Below, piece after piece: positions 1 through 12,263 of a stretch of DNA of 64,000 nt. The stretch lies in assembly GCA_030295235.1 (NCBI GenBank), contig AP026136.1:1178001-1242000 (forward strand), given 5' to 3'. This DNA is from Fistulifera solaris (lineage: Eukaryota). The notes under the pieces were generated by a model. It saw only the letters and a program-made list of their open reading frames with translations. It made no database searches and was not told the DNA's origin. Position 1 is the stretch's first letter. Each line of letters begins with the position of its first letter. Both the position numbers and the translations under genes were made by a program.

Positions 1-228
1 TGGCTTGGCGATCTTCGTGTTCAATGACGTGGAAAAACGATGACATCAATGACGTCATCATCAGCACTTGTAACTCAAACGCTAGTGCGGCTACCGGTAC
101 AGGTAATGTTGGTAAAGTTTGGCTTCTTTACAACATCATTGCAATGCCAAGCATGCCCATGGTTATAAATTACGAATATTATGAAAATTACACAAGTACA
201 AAACACAAAACAAAATGAAGGATTGTCT

Positions 229-1868
229 TTATCGCACGTAAACCGGCATGTCGGCCATTATCTCGGAATAATCTTCACTCTCGGAGTACTCGGAGTCGTA
301 CTCGGAATCATCTTCACTGCCCGATGATGATTCATCCTCGTCACAGTTTTCGGTTGATGGATCGGTTACAGCAGTGCCCATGGAGGAGCGCTTGGATAGT
401 TTTGAGACCAATGGCTGAGGAGACGTCTGGACAACGATGGGTTCCGATGGTGGAGGCTTGATTTGACGTTGAGGAGACAAGGGCGGCATCGTCGCTAAAC
501 CAGCCAACAATTCGTTCATTTCGTCGGCATCCATGATATCATCATCGGAACTGTACTCCGAATCAGAGTCTTCGTCACTATCCGAGTCTTCTTCGGAGCT
601 TTCGCTCAGAAGCTCGTGCATCCTGGTATGATTACTTTGGCTCATTTTCGCCATGGGTACTTCTTGAATCGGCTCGATTTCTAACTCATGCAGTGTTTCG
701 AGCTCTGCCTTGGTGGGTCCTGCCAGTGTGGCCAAGATATCATCCATATCATTCATATCAAAGGAACGCTCGGTGAGATTCAGCATAGTGGCCGTAAACA
801 CTCGTTCGGAGATTTCGCGCTCTGTCTCTTCAACGTCATCTAAGTTTTCGTGGCGCAGCAACAGAGCTTCTTCGGGCTCCATCGTGCCACACACTACCAG
901 CTGGGCAAGTTCAGTTGTCAAAGCATGTTTTGGATTGGCGATTGGACAGGAATTAGCAGGGGATCGAAGAAGTGCCGACTGGGGTCGTACACTGTTCGGC
1001 GATCGTTGCGGCCAAAAGATGTCTTTCTTTTTTCGAAGAACTCGATCCATTCCTTCCAGTGCTCTTTGCGAGCACAAGCGAGCGGAGGGTTCTGCCGGCT
1101 GTCATTCATGAAAATCATGTCAATGTCTTCTCGCAACAATAGTTCGACGGTGTCAAACGCTGGCTGACTGGCCCAGAAAGCGTCGTGGAGTAAATTTCTC
1201 CCCAACATGTCAGCAACCTCAAAGCGGCAGCCATATTTCTTGAACAAGTTCAACATTTCCGTGTCTCCGCGTCTGGCAATCATGTGGATTAGTGATTCTC
1301 CTTCTTTGCTGCAAGGATTCGCGCTGATTCCTGCTTTGAGCATGGCTTCAATCTCGTTCAAACGGCGATTACGGACCAAGTTCACGAGATTAACATCGAA
1401 GCTGGCAATCTGAAAGGCGGTGGGTTTGTTGAAATACCCACAACTACTTGAATCGTGACGGTTTGTAGAGTATCCACGGGAAGTCAACAACCGATCAAGA
1501 TACGTCTGCGGCGACTCGGTCTCGAATATCTACGGGAATGAGTCTCGTGAGTTTCTTTTCGAGTATTGAGGGATGATGAGCTATCGAAAAGGCATTCTTA
1601 CCTGAACAGGAGGCGTCATTACCAGACTTTCTCTTTCGCTACTTTCTTCCTTCATTGCAGTTAAACGACCGATCCTTCGGGTTGCTTTCACTGCCCTGTC
1701 GAGCGATACTTGTTCAGTCTTTCCACCAGCCTGACGGTTCTTGAACCATTTGGTGAAAAAGTTTTTGTTGCTTCCTTTTCTCATTGATTCGTTCGAAGGA
1801 AGCATCAAAGCAGATTCCAGTGTCTCCGAAATCTCTGGCGGAAGAGTCTCAATAGTAAGCGGGTTCAT
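229..1868 (-). CDS. Ankyrin-repeat protein with acidic C-terminal tail (paralog A); 2 exons, apparent 1-nt frameshift at ~1030
   Basis: Exon 1 runs 1868-1602 (MNPLTIE...) and a GT-AG intron spans 1601-1530. Exon 2 reads IFETESPQTYLDRLLTSRGY...GESLIHMIARRGD...GRNLLHDAFW (ankyrin motifs). The frame switches at an A6 run (EFFEK|KKDIFWPQ) into ORF 229..1077. An upstream in-frame ATG at 2039 is also possible. Confidence 0.8.
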
Positions 1869-2702
1869 TGCGGAAGCAAGGCTTGCGTTGCTGCTGCTTA
1901 TAGTTGCAAAGAATGGTGTTTTTGCGTCTGATTGAAAAGATAATGGCGAGGCAAACGACGATGATAGCCCGACGCTCGATGTCGAATGAATGTCAATGAT
2001 CAAGACCAAAGCAAATGTGCATGTGGCACACGCTGCCATTCCGACTTACAAATCCTCCGCCTATGATACTTTTCCATACTGGTAATGTGAAATTGCCGAA
2101 ATGTCCCAACCAGAATTCTCTCTGACGTGTAACACTTTGCCTTCTTCCAAATTGATAAGTTCATACAAAGTGGTGCATGAAACATGAAAATGAAACAGTG
2201 TCTGTTCTTTACTCACGAAGTCTACAGAATGAATGCCTGATAGTCATTTCTTTCCAGACATACCCATTAAATAATTATGTGTACTCCCCTTGACATTCCC
2301 TATTCCTTCGTTCTTTACCGGTGCAATGCCTTCTTTAAGACTAGGTACTGTAGTTTGAATTGTACTGAAACGAACAGGTCTTGCGCACTTTGAGAAAAAT
2401 CTGTTGACGTGGCGCAAACACGATCACCATCTTCCATCTTTCCACCGTCCTTCGTGTCTCCGTCGCCTTTCCACCTCTAGGGTCGAAGGCTCCTCCCTTC
2501 TAGGGTCTCTAGCTAGTCTCCACTTTTCTTCTAAAAAAGAGCAAAGAAGATTGGTCGTTCGAATGTGTCAGGATGTCGAAGCCTGGGGAATAGTTAGGCG
2601 TAGAACTTTGGAAGAGGCAATAAAGCTATGTGCTTTTAAAACAGTGGTCGCAATAAAAATTTTTAATTTATAATGTCCAGCTATGTTGCCCGATTACACG
2701 CT

Positions 2703-4219
2703 TCATCTGGTCGAGCGAACATGATTTGAAAGCTGAAATAGAAGGTCCTCCATCTCATTCATGTCAAAAGTATCGGTTGTGCAACAAGTATCATCACGGT
2801 TCTGGTTGTCCGAGGCAAAGCTCTTCGTTTCATCGTCGGTACAAGTACTTTGCTCGTCATCGTCCGGTTCCTCGCTACCGGATTCATCGGAATTTCCATT
2901 GTCGTCCTCAAATGAAGCACATCTACTTCTGGGGAGAGCTCTAGCATTTTCTGGGGCGGTTCGTCCAGCAGCCACCATAGCTGCTTGCTGTGGAGACAGA
3001 GCGCCAGACGGATCCAAAAGTGGACATGAATTGGTTTCAGACGAGTCAGTGGCGGACACGTTTGTTGTGTAACTCCCGTAGGCCAAAGCACGTTTTTCTT
3101 GGCTTTCAAAAACGCAATCCACTGCCTCCAATGATCCTTGCGGACGTATGATAGGGGTGCTGCGCCAAGCCCATCCACCATGTTGATTAAATTGACATCG
3201 GCCATCAGGATAAGTTCGATGGTGTCAAAACATGGAACTGCCCAACACTAATGGGATAAAAAAAGAGAAAGTGAGATGATCATTCCCAAGGATATCAGAA
3301 ACAAATCTATTCATTGTACACTTACCACTTCGTGTAAAGGCGTGCGACCCAAAGAGTCTGATATCTGGATACTTGCTCCATAATCAAGAAAAAGCTTTAG
3401 CATCTTGCTGTCTCCTCGTCTGCAAAGGAAATGAATCAATGAATCACCGGCACTACTGCAGGGATTAGGAGATATTCCTGCCTGCAGCATCTTTTCGACT
3501 GCTTGGAAGTCTCCATGCTTGACACGCTCCACCAAGAAAGGGTCGTAACTGCTAATTTGGAGAGGAGTAGGCTGGTTGCTATAACCAGTCTGAAGAGCTT
3601 TGAAATGCTCCGTTGAAAGTCCCCGCGAACGCAGAAAGACATCTAGATAACCTTGTGGTGACAGCCAGTTTGTCTAAGAGGGATAACATATTTTGTTAGC
3701 CCAGACAAGGGTTATAGCATTTGAGACATGTCGCGCTTACCTCTTTGTCTGAGCTCGTCCCGGATGCAGTTGAGTCGAAACTGCGAATCGATTTAGTTGA
3801 ACGAAGGCTGTGATTCGATGCTGATAAGCAGCTGATCCGGCTGTCCTGGCGACGCATCTTCACGTTGATAGTATATTCTTTAGGGGTAATGACATATTCT
3901 TTGGGAGTGATAGTATGTTCTTTCGAAGTAGTTACGCTCTCCTTGCTGAGAGTGCTCGGCGAATGCACTGTTACAGAATCCGGTAAACATTTCGCAGGAA
4001 GTGCTATCTCCTGCTGCGAGACCTTCTGCTTTTGCTTTCCAGTCCCACGGCGTTGAAAGAGCCAGTTTCCAAAGAATACTTTGCTCGCGGATTTATCGGG
4101 GGCGGTTGATGAACCACATTTCCTCGATTGGATGCCAAGAAGACAGCCTGCAAGCCAAGAGGAATGCGGCTGCTCTTTGCTTCATTGAATTGTCCTCTGC
4201 CATGGTGTTTTGATAGCAT
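2703..4219 (-). CDS. Ankyrin-repeat protein (paralog B, tandem duplicate); multi-exon with apparent frameshifts
   Basis: Fragments YLDVFLRSRGLSTEHFK...GDSLIHFLCRRGD...LGRTPLHE, APLSYVRKDHWRQWIAFLKAKKNVLWP and NSCPLLDPSGAL...FDMNEMEDLL are collinear with paralog A. Introns lie near 3655-3740 and 3250-3325, with indels near 3031 and 4100. The start codon is uncertain. Confidence 0.72.
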
Positions 4220-4498
4220 CAAAGGCTTTGAGCTGGTTTAAGAGGAGCGAGGAGAGAAAATGCGCCAATCCAATCCTTCAACTATGTCGAGGACTCCTTT
4301 TATCCTCGTTCTTTCTGTCTTGTCGTCTAGTGTTAGGGATAAAACCTTAGGACCAGAGTACGTCACGATTTTCCCCTTTTCGGCTTCGAGCAAAAACGAG
4401 GTCACTCGATCTTCGCCCTGTTCTTGTGACTTGGCAATGGCAAACCCGATTTGATTTGTCACTTTGATAATTATTTCCTCTACTTGATACCAGGTAAA

Positions 4499-5245
4499 AT
4501 GAAATCGTATCACGCCATTCTCTTTCTAGCTTCCCTTGCGCATTCCGACGCCTTTTCCGCGTCTAAACCAAAGAGAATATCGGTACGTTCATTATATGTG
4601 AACAGTGAGAATCGAAACTGCAACATGGGCTCTCTCTAAGCATTGCTTGTATAATTCAATCACTACAGACTTCTCTTTCAGCTTTCCCCACAGAATTCAT
4701 CGCAGTGAGTCGCTGTGGTTGTGTCGTAGCCATTTAAATCATCCGTCTCCTCATTGATTTTCGTTCTTTATTCTTGCAGGCTCTTTCTTCACCCGAAGTC
4801 CCCGTTGACGTTTTAGCGGTAAGTGTCCTCACTTGATTCGTCACAATATAATTTTGCTTCGAGGTCTTCATTCTCACTTCTGTAAAAGAGCTCGGGCGTT
4901 CAGGCAAAAGTTGTCGCCACTGGAGCCGGCGTTGCCGCTGCTTTGGCAGGATTGTTTGGGTTCCGAAAGAGCGACAGCACGCCTTCTCCTAGCCCAGCCC
5001 CTCCGATGGCCAAGCCAGAACCCATTGACGTTTCTATTCCCTATGATGCCGCTGCGCGTCTCGATTTCACAGCATGGTTAGCTAGCCATCCAGAGGCTGT
5101 GAACGACGATACTACCTTTGCGAAATTCAAACCTCTTTACGAAGCAAAAGCCGTCGCTGACGTGATTGTCAAGAAACAAATGCGGGATTTGCAGTTGGCG
5201 CAAGATGCCGCCGCTGCGGCAGCCAAAGCCCTCGACGAGCTTTGA
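4499..5245 (+). CDS. Small plastid-targeted membrane protein of unknown function (multi-exon)
   Basis: The signal peptide MKSYHAILFLASLAHSDA is followed by F (bipartite plastid presequence pattern). Introns are GT-AG. The last exon encodes a hydrophobic segment, a Pro-rich linker and DVSIPYDAAARL..., with the stop at 5245. Confidence 0.7.
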
Positions 5246-5370
5246 GTTGATCTAGACGACAACTAGTCTTTACGTTGAAATATACTGATGCCATCGATAC
5301 CTTATAAACTAGCGGTTACATGTTTGTGTGTGTTAAAACTTGCACCTTATGGCAATTCACTGATTCGTTC

Positions 5371-6321
5371 TTAGCGATAGTTGGCATACAAATCTTGGAA
5401 GTTACCCTGGTTGGCCTTTCCCGCCATTGAGTTGTAGGCTTGTGCCTTCTGATTATCACCGCCTCCATACATTTGTTCTCTCTCAGCTTTCTGTGCTTGC
5501 AAAGCCATTTGTTGAGCGTATTCCTGGAAGGATACATAACCATCACCTAAAACGTTACAGTGTTAGTGCGTTAGTTAGAATAGTAAGGAAAGTATCGAGC
5601 GAGTCGACATTTCACATCACGTACCATCATGATCAAAGTCCTCAAATTTCGGGTAGTCTTTCTCTTGCAGTCCTGGATAGTTTGACAAGTAATCACGCAC
5701 ATACATATTGAATTCAGCTCGACTGATGCGATCGTCGCCGTCGATATCGGGCTGCTTGAATTCGTCATAATCTCGCTGCAAAGCTTCTAATTCGTGTTTC
5801 TCCTCTACTTGTAAAAGAGCTTGTTGAAGCTGCTGCACCGCCGACTGCAACTCTTGATTTTGTTCGGTGAGTTTGTAGACGTCATTGTAGTACTGAGAAT
5901 AAAGCTCTTTTGTTCCTTTTGAAACTTGGTTTTTACTTTTTTAACGGCGCGACTGGAATGATACTTTGCACCCATGAACCATGATGCGCCACAACCAACG
6001 AGAAATTTTCCCCATCCCATACCACTAAAATGAAAAAGATTCAGCGGTACATGCCAATACTGTGAGACGCCTTGAACTTTGAATGTTTTTTTTTTTACAT
6101 GTAAATCAATCAGCTCGACGCGTTTTTCCTTACCCTCCTCCACCGGCAGCTTTGACTTGCTGCCGTTGTGCGTAGTCCGCATACAAATTATCTTGTTGTC
6201 CGTAGTCATCTCCGTACTCTTGGTAATCTTGATAGTCGCCATATTCAGCATAATCCCCACTTTGCCCTTCAATTATCGAAGTAGAAGCGAGTAGAACGAG
6301 AAGTGATGCAAGTAATTTCAT
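5371..6321 (-). CDS. Single-pass membrane protein: signal peptide, Tyr/Asp/Gln-rich N-domain, Gly-rich TM, coiled coil, two EF-hands
   Basis: Exon 1 is MKLLASLLVLLAS...DNLYADYAQRQQ. Exon 2 is GMGWGKFLVGCGASWFMGAKYHS...QYYNDVY...DIDGDDRISRAEF...DFDHD. Exon 3 is DGYVSFQEY...DLYANYR*. One base is missing at the T4 run 5908-5911. Confidence 0.8.
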
Positions 6322-6691
6322 TTTGGAAGTGCAGTCTGGTGATTGATCGATTCAGACGCACTAGTTATACCCAGAGAGACGTGAGCTTGGATAATCTATA
6401 ACAATCACAATAAAGGGAAGACTACAAGTGCATCAACCGATGATGTTTGGTGGTTGAATTGGCGACCTGTTGAAATTGAAGTGTCGTTATTGTTGGAGAG
6501 TTTCACGCACGGTGGCAAAACACGTGGAAGGTGTCCGTCAACCGTTTACTGTTTACTATAGAAATTTGTGCAAATTTGAGAGTCACTCCGTCGTCCGCCG
6601 CCATCATCGGCGGCAACAATAACGCAAAGAAATACACGCTGCGATTCCCCGACAGTTGTCATTATACGTCAAGGCAATATCGTTTCTTACC

Positions 6692-7305
6692 ATGTTATCG
6701 CGATTCTGTAACCTCTTTTGTTGCGTAGTTCTCCTCCTGTCGGGTGTAAACGTCCTGGCGCAGAGCTCTTATCAAGATTATGATTACGATCAAGGCTACG
6801 ACCAAGGATACGAACAGCAGCAAAGCTACGAGCAAGACACCCTTTACAGCGATTACGCGGCAAGACAGCAAGAAAAGGAGGTTGCCGGGTGAGTGTCGGA
6901 CGCGTAGAAGCGTAGTCTGTCTTTCGAAATGACTTGGTCTCACATTATGCTCATCATCCTTTCCGTTACCGCACCGTGACCTTGTGGCTATAATCTGAAA
7001 ATTGCGTCATCTATTCCTTTCGCCATGTTACCCGTCTTGTCTCAAAACAAAATCTCCATTTTCGTTTCCTTTGATAACTTAGAGCGGCTGGCATGGGATG
7101 GGGCAAAATTGCCATGGGCGGCGCCTTGGGTTGGGTTCTGGGCGGAAAGTTTCATTCACGACGCGTGACCAAAAAACTTAATGCAAAACACAAAGAAGAG
7201 CAAAAGGCGGTCTATCAGCAATACTACAATGATGTGTACACGCTGCAACAACAAAATGCTGAACTAATCAATGCACTGGAACAGTTTGGTGCTCGTGTTC
7301 GGTAA
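6692..7305 (+). CDS. Divergently transcribed paralog of the 5371-6321 gene lacking the EF-hand tail
   Basis: Exon 1 is 6692-6888 (MLSRFCNL...DTLYSDYAARQQEKEVAG), followed by an intron at 6889-7082 (GTGAGT...AG). Exon 2 reads AAGMGWGKIAMGGALGWVLGGKFHSRR...QYYNDVYTLQQQN. Confidence 0.85.
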
Positions 7306-7569
7306 ACGCTCTATCGACATTCGTCATTTGAGATAAAAAATCGATAGCTTTTTTTTACCGTCAAACTACCATTGCAAGTCATTGAAATACCGAGAGGTCT
7401 ATACTTTCTTTTCTAGACGCTGTTGTAGCTATTTGAAAAATGGAAATGCAATATGAAGATTACGTAGAAATAGTTACACTGCTCGTTAAGTGTCTGGTTG
7501 ACCGAATCACCAAAGATTTCGGCAAAGAACATAAGCAGTAACTAAAAAAACAACAAGAAACAGACGTAA

Positions 7570-8070
7570 TCAAGAAAGGTCCTCAGTAGTCGACAACAGA
7601 ATGGACCCGCCAGTCGACGGGATTGTCGTCGTGCAAACCCGCCCTTTTGGTGGACTAACAATGTAATGACTGTCGTCAATCTCACTCTTCTCTACGCGTT
7701 TACGCTTCCCACCAATTTGCTTCGCCTTTTGGTTGATCTTCTTGCGAAGAGGCTTTTGTTTGATCCCCATGGAGGCCGCCTTTGATGCCTTCTTGGAAGC
7801 AAGTTTCGATATCGACGGAGGTGCGTCATCGTCACACAATCCTTTTTCGCTTTCGTCTTCAGAGGGCAAAGACGAAGCATTTGTGTCAACAGTGGCGTCA
7901 TCTTCATCCTTTTCACCTTTTAGAAACTTGGTTGGGCGCTCTTTCACTTCGAGATCGCTGTCGCTATCTTCACGATAGGTCGTGGCAAATCGACGAGCAG
8001 CGTTGCGACGAGGACGACTGCCAGCAACTTTGCCAGTCTCTTGCCACCCTTTTTTCGATTTACGAGCCAT
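7570..8070 (-). CDS. Hypothetical Lys/Asp/Glu-rich low-complexity protein
   Basis: 166-aa ORF with an ATG start, charged composition and basic NLS-like clusters; no recognisable domain. Confidence 0.45.
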   Translation of the reverse strand: MARKSKKGWQETGKVAGSRPRRNAARRFATTYREDSDSDLEVKERPTKFLKGEKDEDDATVDTNASSLPSEDESEKGLCDDDAPPSISKLASKKASKAASMGIKQKPLRKKINQKAKQIGGKRKRVEKSEIDDSHYIVSPPKGRVCTTTIPSTGGSILLSTTEDLS

Positions 8071-9161
8071 GGTGGGACGAAAAGGAGAAACTCAAGTTGT
8101 TATTACGAAGCTCCAATTGTATGAGAGAATTCTTGCCCTTGGTTGCGATGATTGGTGGCAATCGATGAGCATTGCTTTTTGATCGAACGTGTGCTTTTAT
8201 ATGATAGTCCACATCGTTGTGCCCTTCGCGCATGTTCTACAAACACATCCTTCTATCTTACCGGTACCACATCCTATAAAAAAAGGTTCTATTGCTATAC
8301 TTGGTAGCTGGTAGTGTAGAAAATAGAATTTCGAAATCGGAGGGAGTAATTTCTGATCGATGTCACGAGTCACGGTCACGGGTCACGGGTCATGAATTAA
8401 AGAACAGAAAATGTCCGCCTCCCAAACAAAACCGAAAATTCGTAACATCCTTGAACCAAGTTGCCATTTCGCACTTCTCCATTCTCCACTCTCCACTTGC
8501 CAGCATCCAGCATTGATGGACAAGGATCAAGGATTACTTAAATAGGTACAAAGCTAAGGGCCAAAGCTGACACGTGACATTTAATTAATTGTAGAAAGGA
8601 ATAAGCTTTAAGCTATCGCTAATAGCTAATAGCTACCAGTGACTAGTGCCTGGTGTCAACTCCAAACGTGATCGATTGCGGATTGCGGCGAACATCGATA
8701 GTGCTGTTCTTGTTTCTTAAGCCCGTCAATAACATGGTACGTATTGAATATTGAACTTCAAAGCGTGAGTACCGAACGTGAACCAGGCGGGAAAATCCAT
8801 AAGGATAAACTTGTCCTGGACATTTTCAACCTCGTCACGATCATGTAGGCTGTAGGTTACATACGAAATACGAAAGGACATTCAATACCAGGTAGTATAC
8901 ATCGACGACCGACAACTGAATACCAGGTACACAAGGGAACAAAGTGTGCCATCTATAATCTAAAACGACTTTATTGAAACCAAGAACGATATTCTCGTCA
9001 GTAAAGAATGGGATATTTTCTCCTTCTCGCTTCAAGCCACGCCGTCTTGGATGACGACAAAAGACGCAAAACGCATCGACTTCTTCATAATTCTTGACAC
9101 CTCACGCAAACGCAAGGGAACAACAAACGTTGGCTTAACGATCGACAAGGAAAACGAGATA

Positions 9162-9824
9162 ATGGAACTCCCCTACTTAGCATCTGCCATTGAAATGAAC
9201 AACATGGCCATTTCATTGACCGAGCGACATCATTACTCGGAAGCTTTCAAGACATTTAAGCTAGCGTTGCAAGTTCTCCAAGGGAATTTGACGGTATCGG
9301 AAGTCGAACATAAACTTTATCGGGCTCAGTTGTACATGCAAACTGAAAGTGATGAGGAGCTATCGTTCGAGCAAGAGCACATCAAAACAATAGAATGCCT
9401 CGTAAAAATTCGCACCTTTCACGGGCGCGATCTCCTTTGTCGACCAACAGAGATGGCGGAGGAACCTTCATCCTTTCTCTGCACCTTGATTTATCTCCAG
9501 GAATCCGATCTTCCTAAATGTGGTAAATCGGTTGAAGGCTATGCTGCTCTCTTGTCCTGTATACTGCAAAATCAAGCGCAAGTTTGTCACAAACTCTCCC
9601 GAGATGAAGAAGATGAAAGAAAGTCCACTGCGTTACGACACAAATCGATTCAGTTAAACACTCTAGCTAAAGCTTTCTCCGACAAAAGTGTCAAAACTTT
9701 CTCGGACGGGCTTTGGAAGTCGGCAACCAAATCACTTCCTGAGATGCCCCGCAAAAGCACTCCACCGCGACGTCCCTTGCGTAGGGGCGAGTCAGTCCTT
9801 TCTCTTCGAACGAAACACAAATAA
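9162..9824 (+). CDS. Hypothetical protein (helical, TPR-like N-terminal motif)
   Basis: Open ORF 9051..9824; probable start MELPYLASAIEMNNMAISL...EAFKTFKLALQVL. The domain call is tentative. Confidence 0.6.
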   Translation: MELPYLASAIEMNNMAISLTERHHYSEAFKTFKLALQVLQGNLTVSEVEHKLYRAQLYMQTESDEELSFEQEHIKTIECLVKIRTFHGRDLLCRPTEMAEEPSSFLCTLIYLQESDLPKCGKSVEGYAALLSCILQNQAQVCHKLSRDEEDERKSTALRHKSIQLNTLAKAFSDKSVKTFSDGLWKSATKSLPEMPRKSTPPRRPLRRGESVLSLRTKHK

Positions 9825-10511
9825 GCCGATTGAGAAGCCCTGTATCAGCAGTCGGCAGATACGAACAGCTGTTTCCACTTCTTACAAAAATGTAAAGTCC
9901 ATGCTTTGACGCATATCATCTTGCATTTTCCGCTTACTTTTATGTTAGGAAGTTGGAGCATCAATTGGTGGTTGGTTTATTGGTGTATTTCGAGCAATGA
10001 GATACGTATTTCTCCGTACGTATTTATCACGACAAAAAGCTACTTTCGGTCGATTCCTTTTCTAGAAAAAAGATTTGCATCCGTTGACGACTGGCGACTC
10101 TAGCATCGCTCTATAATCGACAAGGACTCGTCTAGGATGCCGTCAACCAGAATAAACGCTTCCATGTTCTGCGGTACGTTTGTGCTGAGTCGCTACTCGT
10201 TTCGACTAAGCCAAAACGTCGACAACACGGAAAGTTATTCGTGACTCAACTGTTTCTTGACTCCTCGACGACTTACCGCCGTACTAAAATTTCAACCGCG
10301 TTGATTTCTATTGAAGAGGAAGACAATGGCAAGGGGAATTTGATTGCTATTGACGCGACAGTAATCGGTAAGTTCTTTCTGACTGACAACTAACCTTCTT
10401 ATTAAATGAAGAGTGAGCAAAAGTTGGTGATTTGTGCGTTGATTCATTTTGAAGGTATTAATTCTGACATTGCCGTCCCTATCTCCTGGTGAACTCTCAG
10501 AACAATACACA

Positions 10512-10892
10512 ATGTACACAAGCTTAGCAGATCTCTCAGACTCTCAAAAGGAGGAAATGGTTGCCTCTCTGGCGTGCCTTTTGGTTGGTCAGAATGGTAG
10601 CGAGGAGGGCATCACAGCTGATTCGCTGAAAGCCGTGGCCGATGCCTCTGGCAACTCGCTTTCACCAGCGATCGCCACTCTTTATAGTTCGGTCGCCGCG
10701 CAAGTTCCCAACGGCGTAAAATCGTACATGCTTGCCCCTGGAGGTGGTGGCGGAGGCGGAGGCGGCGGTGCTGCCAGTGGTGGTGCTCCTGCTGCTGCAG
10801 CTGCCGCGGCGGCTGAGCCCGAGGAAGAAGAGGCTGAGGCACCAGCTGTTGATATGTTCGGCGGCGGTGGTGGCGGCGGAGGTGATTACTAA
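10512..10892 (+). CDS. RPLP1: 60S acidic ribosomal stalk protein P1-like
   Basis: N-domain EMVASLACLL...ITADSLKAVADASGN, an Ala/Gly hinge, and an acidic tail EPEEEEAE...DMFGG shared with P0. Confidence 0.85.
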   Translation: MYTSLADLSDSQKEEMVASLACLLVGQNGSEEGITADSLKAVADASGNSLSPAIATLYSSVAAQVPNGVKSYMLAPGGGGGGGGGGAASGGAPAAAAAAAAEPEEEEAEAPAVDMFGGGGGGGGDY

Positions 10893-11018
10893 GCCAACTC
10901 TCATTTAACACTTAAATCACTTTTTATTTGGATTATGCGGCTTAAGGCTGGGGGCGAACGAGAAACGAATGCACCTGAGACAATCACCATGAAATCAACA
11001 ATTGACTATGTTAATGAG

Positions 11019-12263
11019 TCAAGCTGTTGTTGCCTGTCGCCGTCTGTGAAGTATATTGATCAGGATATCAGGTTTGTTGACACATAGCTCATCAACTCCC
11101 GTATCGAGTACGGCTTCGTAGCATCGATCATCTTCGTTACCTACATCCAAATAGCGTGTTTTTACATCCTCGGCCATACCTACCGGACCACGAAACCACG
11201 CCATACTGCGCATACCGGCTTGACGAATCGCATTGATTCGTTCGACTGTGCATGTGTCGTACTGGAGATGGATCTCTGTTGCACCGCAATTATTGGCTAT
11301 TTCGATGAAATCGTCGGGAAGATCTCTGTCAAAAAGCGCTGCGGTCGGATACATATCACGTTCAGGTCGCAACTGTCGCAGTTTTCGTATTTGCTCATGA
11401 TCAAAGCAGCTGTAAGCGCATTGGTTTTCCATTCTTAGGCGTTCCACAAGAGCCAGTGTTGGCTCAACTGTCCCATGACCTTTGAGTTCGATCTTCACTT
11501 GCAATGCTGTTCCTTTTAAATCCAACAGGACTTCTTCAAGGGTTGGAATGCGGGCCTTTTCAATAAGGTATCTTTGACATGCGAATTCGGGGTGATTTGG
11601 ATTGAATACAAGTTTCTGTGATTGTTGGTAAGACAAATCGAGAATACTGACACCTTGTTGACCCAAGCAATAGTCCGACAGATCGCCAGGAATCTGATCC
11701 GAACCGCCGCCGTGGAATACAACTACAACAGGATCATCTGACTCTTCGTCACGAAGAGCAAAGACATCCAATTCAACTCCATCGCACCCAAGATCAACGC
11801 ATCTTAGAAAGGCCTCACGAGTGTTTTCCAACGCATCGTATAGCGCCCCACGGTGACCAACAACTCTTTGCTCATTCCTTCTCGAAACAACATTTTCCTG
11901 AACCTGTAACGCGTGTCGCAAGCTATACAACTCTGGAATTGTCGGCGTTACAGTAACGTGTGATGCTACATCTCGTGAGCTTTCTGTATTATCATCATTA
12001 ATAGTGCGCGATCGGTCGCTCGCCGTGACGCTGGTAGCATTCTTCGAATCCGAAATTTGCGGAAGCTTCTCTGCATACAACTGGATAGTGGGGCTGAATG
12101 CTGGTCTAGTCAGAAGAAAGGAAGATGATGGGATGACGCATTGAAAACAGATCAGAATACGAGAAATCGACCAAAAGATCGGAAAGGAAAGAATTCCCTT
12201 CTTGTTTCGTTCAGAGAAAGGCGCATTTTGGCTATAACTTTCCTTTGATCTGATGGGGGCCAT
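11019..12263 (-). CDS. Glycerophosphodiester phosphodiesterase (GDPD family), probably organelle-targeted
   Basis: Motifs VVGHRGA...ENT, DGVELDV, VVFH, IPTLEEVL and KIELK, preceded by a signal/transit-like N-terminus. Confidence 0.88.
   Translation of the reverse strand: MAPIRSKESYSQNAPFSERNKKGILSFPIFWSISRILICFQCVIPSSSFLLTRPAFSPTIQLYAEKLPQISDSKNATSVTASDRSRTINDDNTESSRDVASHVTVTPTIPELYSLRHALQVQENVVSRRNEQRVVGHRGALYDALENTREAFLRCVDLGCDGVELDVFALRDEESDDPVVVVFHGGGSDQIPGDLSDYCLGQQGVSILDLSYQQSQKLVFNPNHPEFACQRYLIEKARIPTLEEVLLDLKGTALQVKIELKGHGTVEPTLALVERLRMENQCAYSCFDHEQIRKLRQLRPERDMYPTAALFDRDLPDDFIEIANNCGATEIHLQYDTCTVERINAIRQAGMRSMAWFRGPVGMAEDVKTRYLDVGNEDDRCYEAVLDTGVDELCVNKPDILINILHRRRQATTA

Noticed and set aside
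1021..1040. Programmed -1 frameshift at AAAAAAG in ankyrin paralog A
   Set aside because: The heptamer is not in X_XXY_YYZ phase with the upstream frame, paralog B is continuous at this position, and similar indels occur throughout the window.
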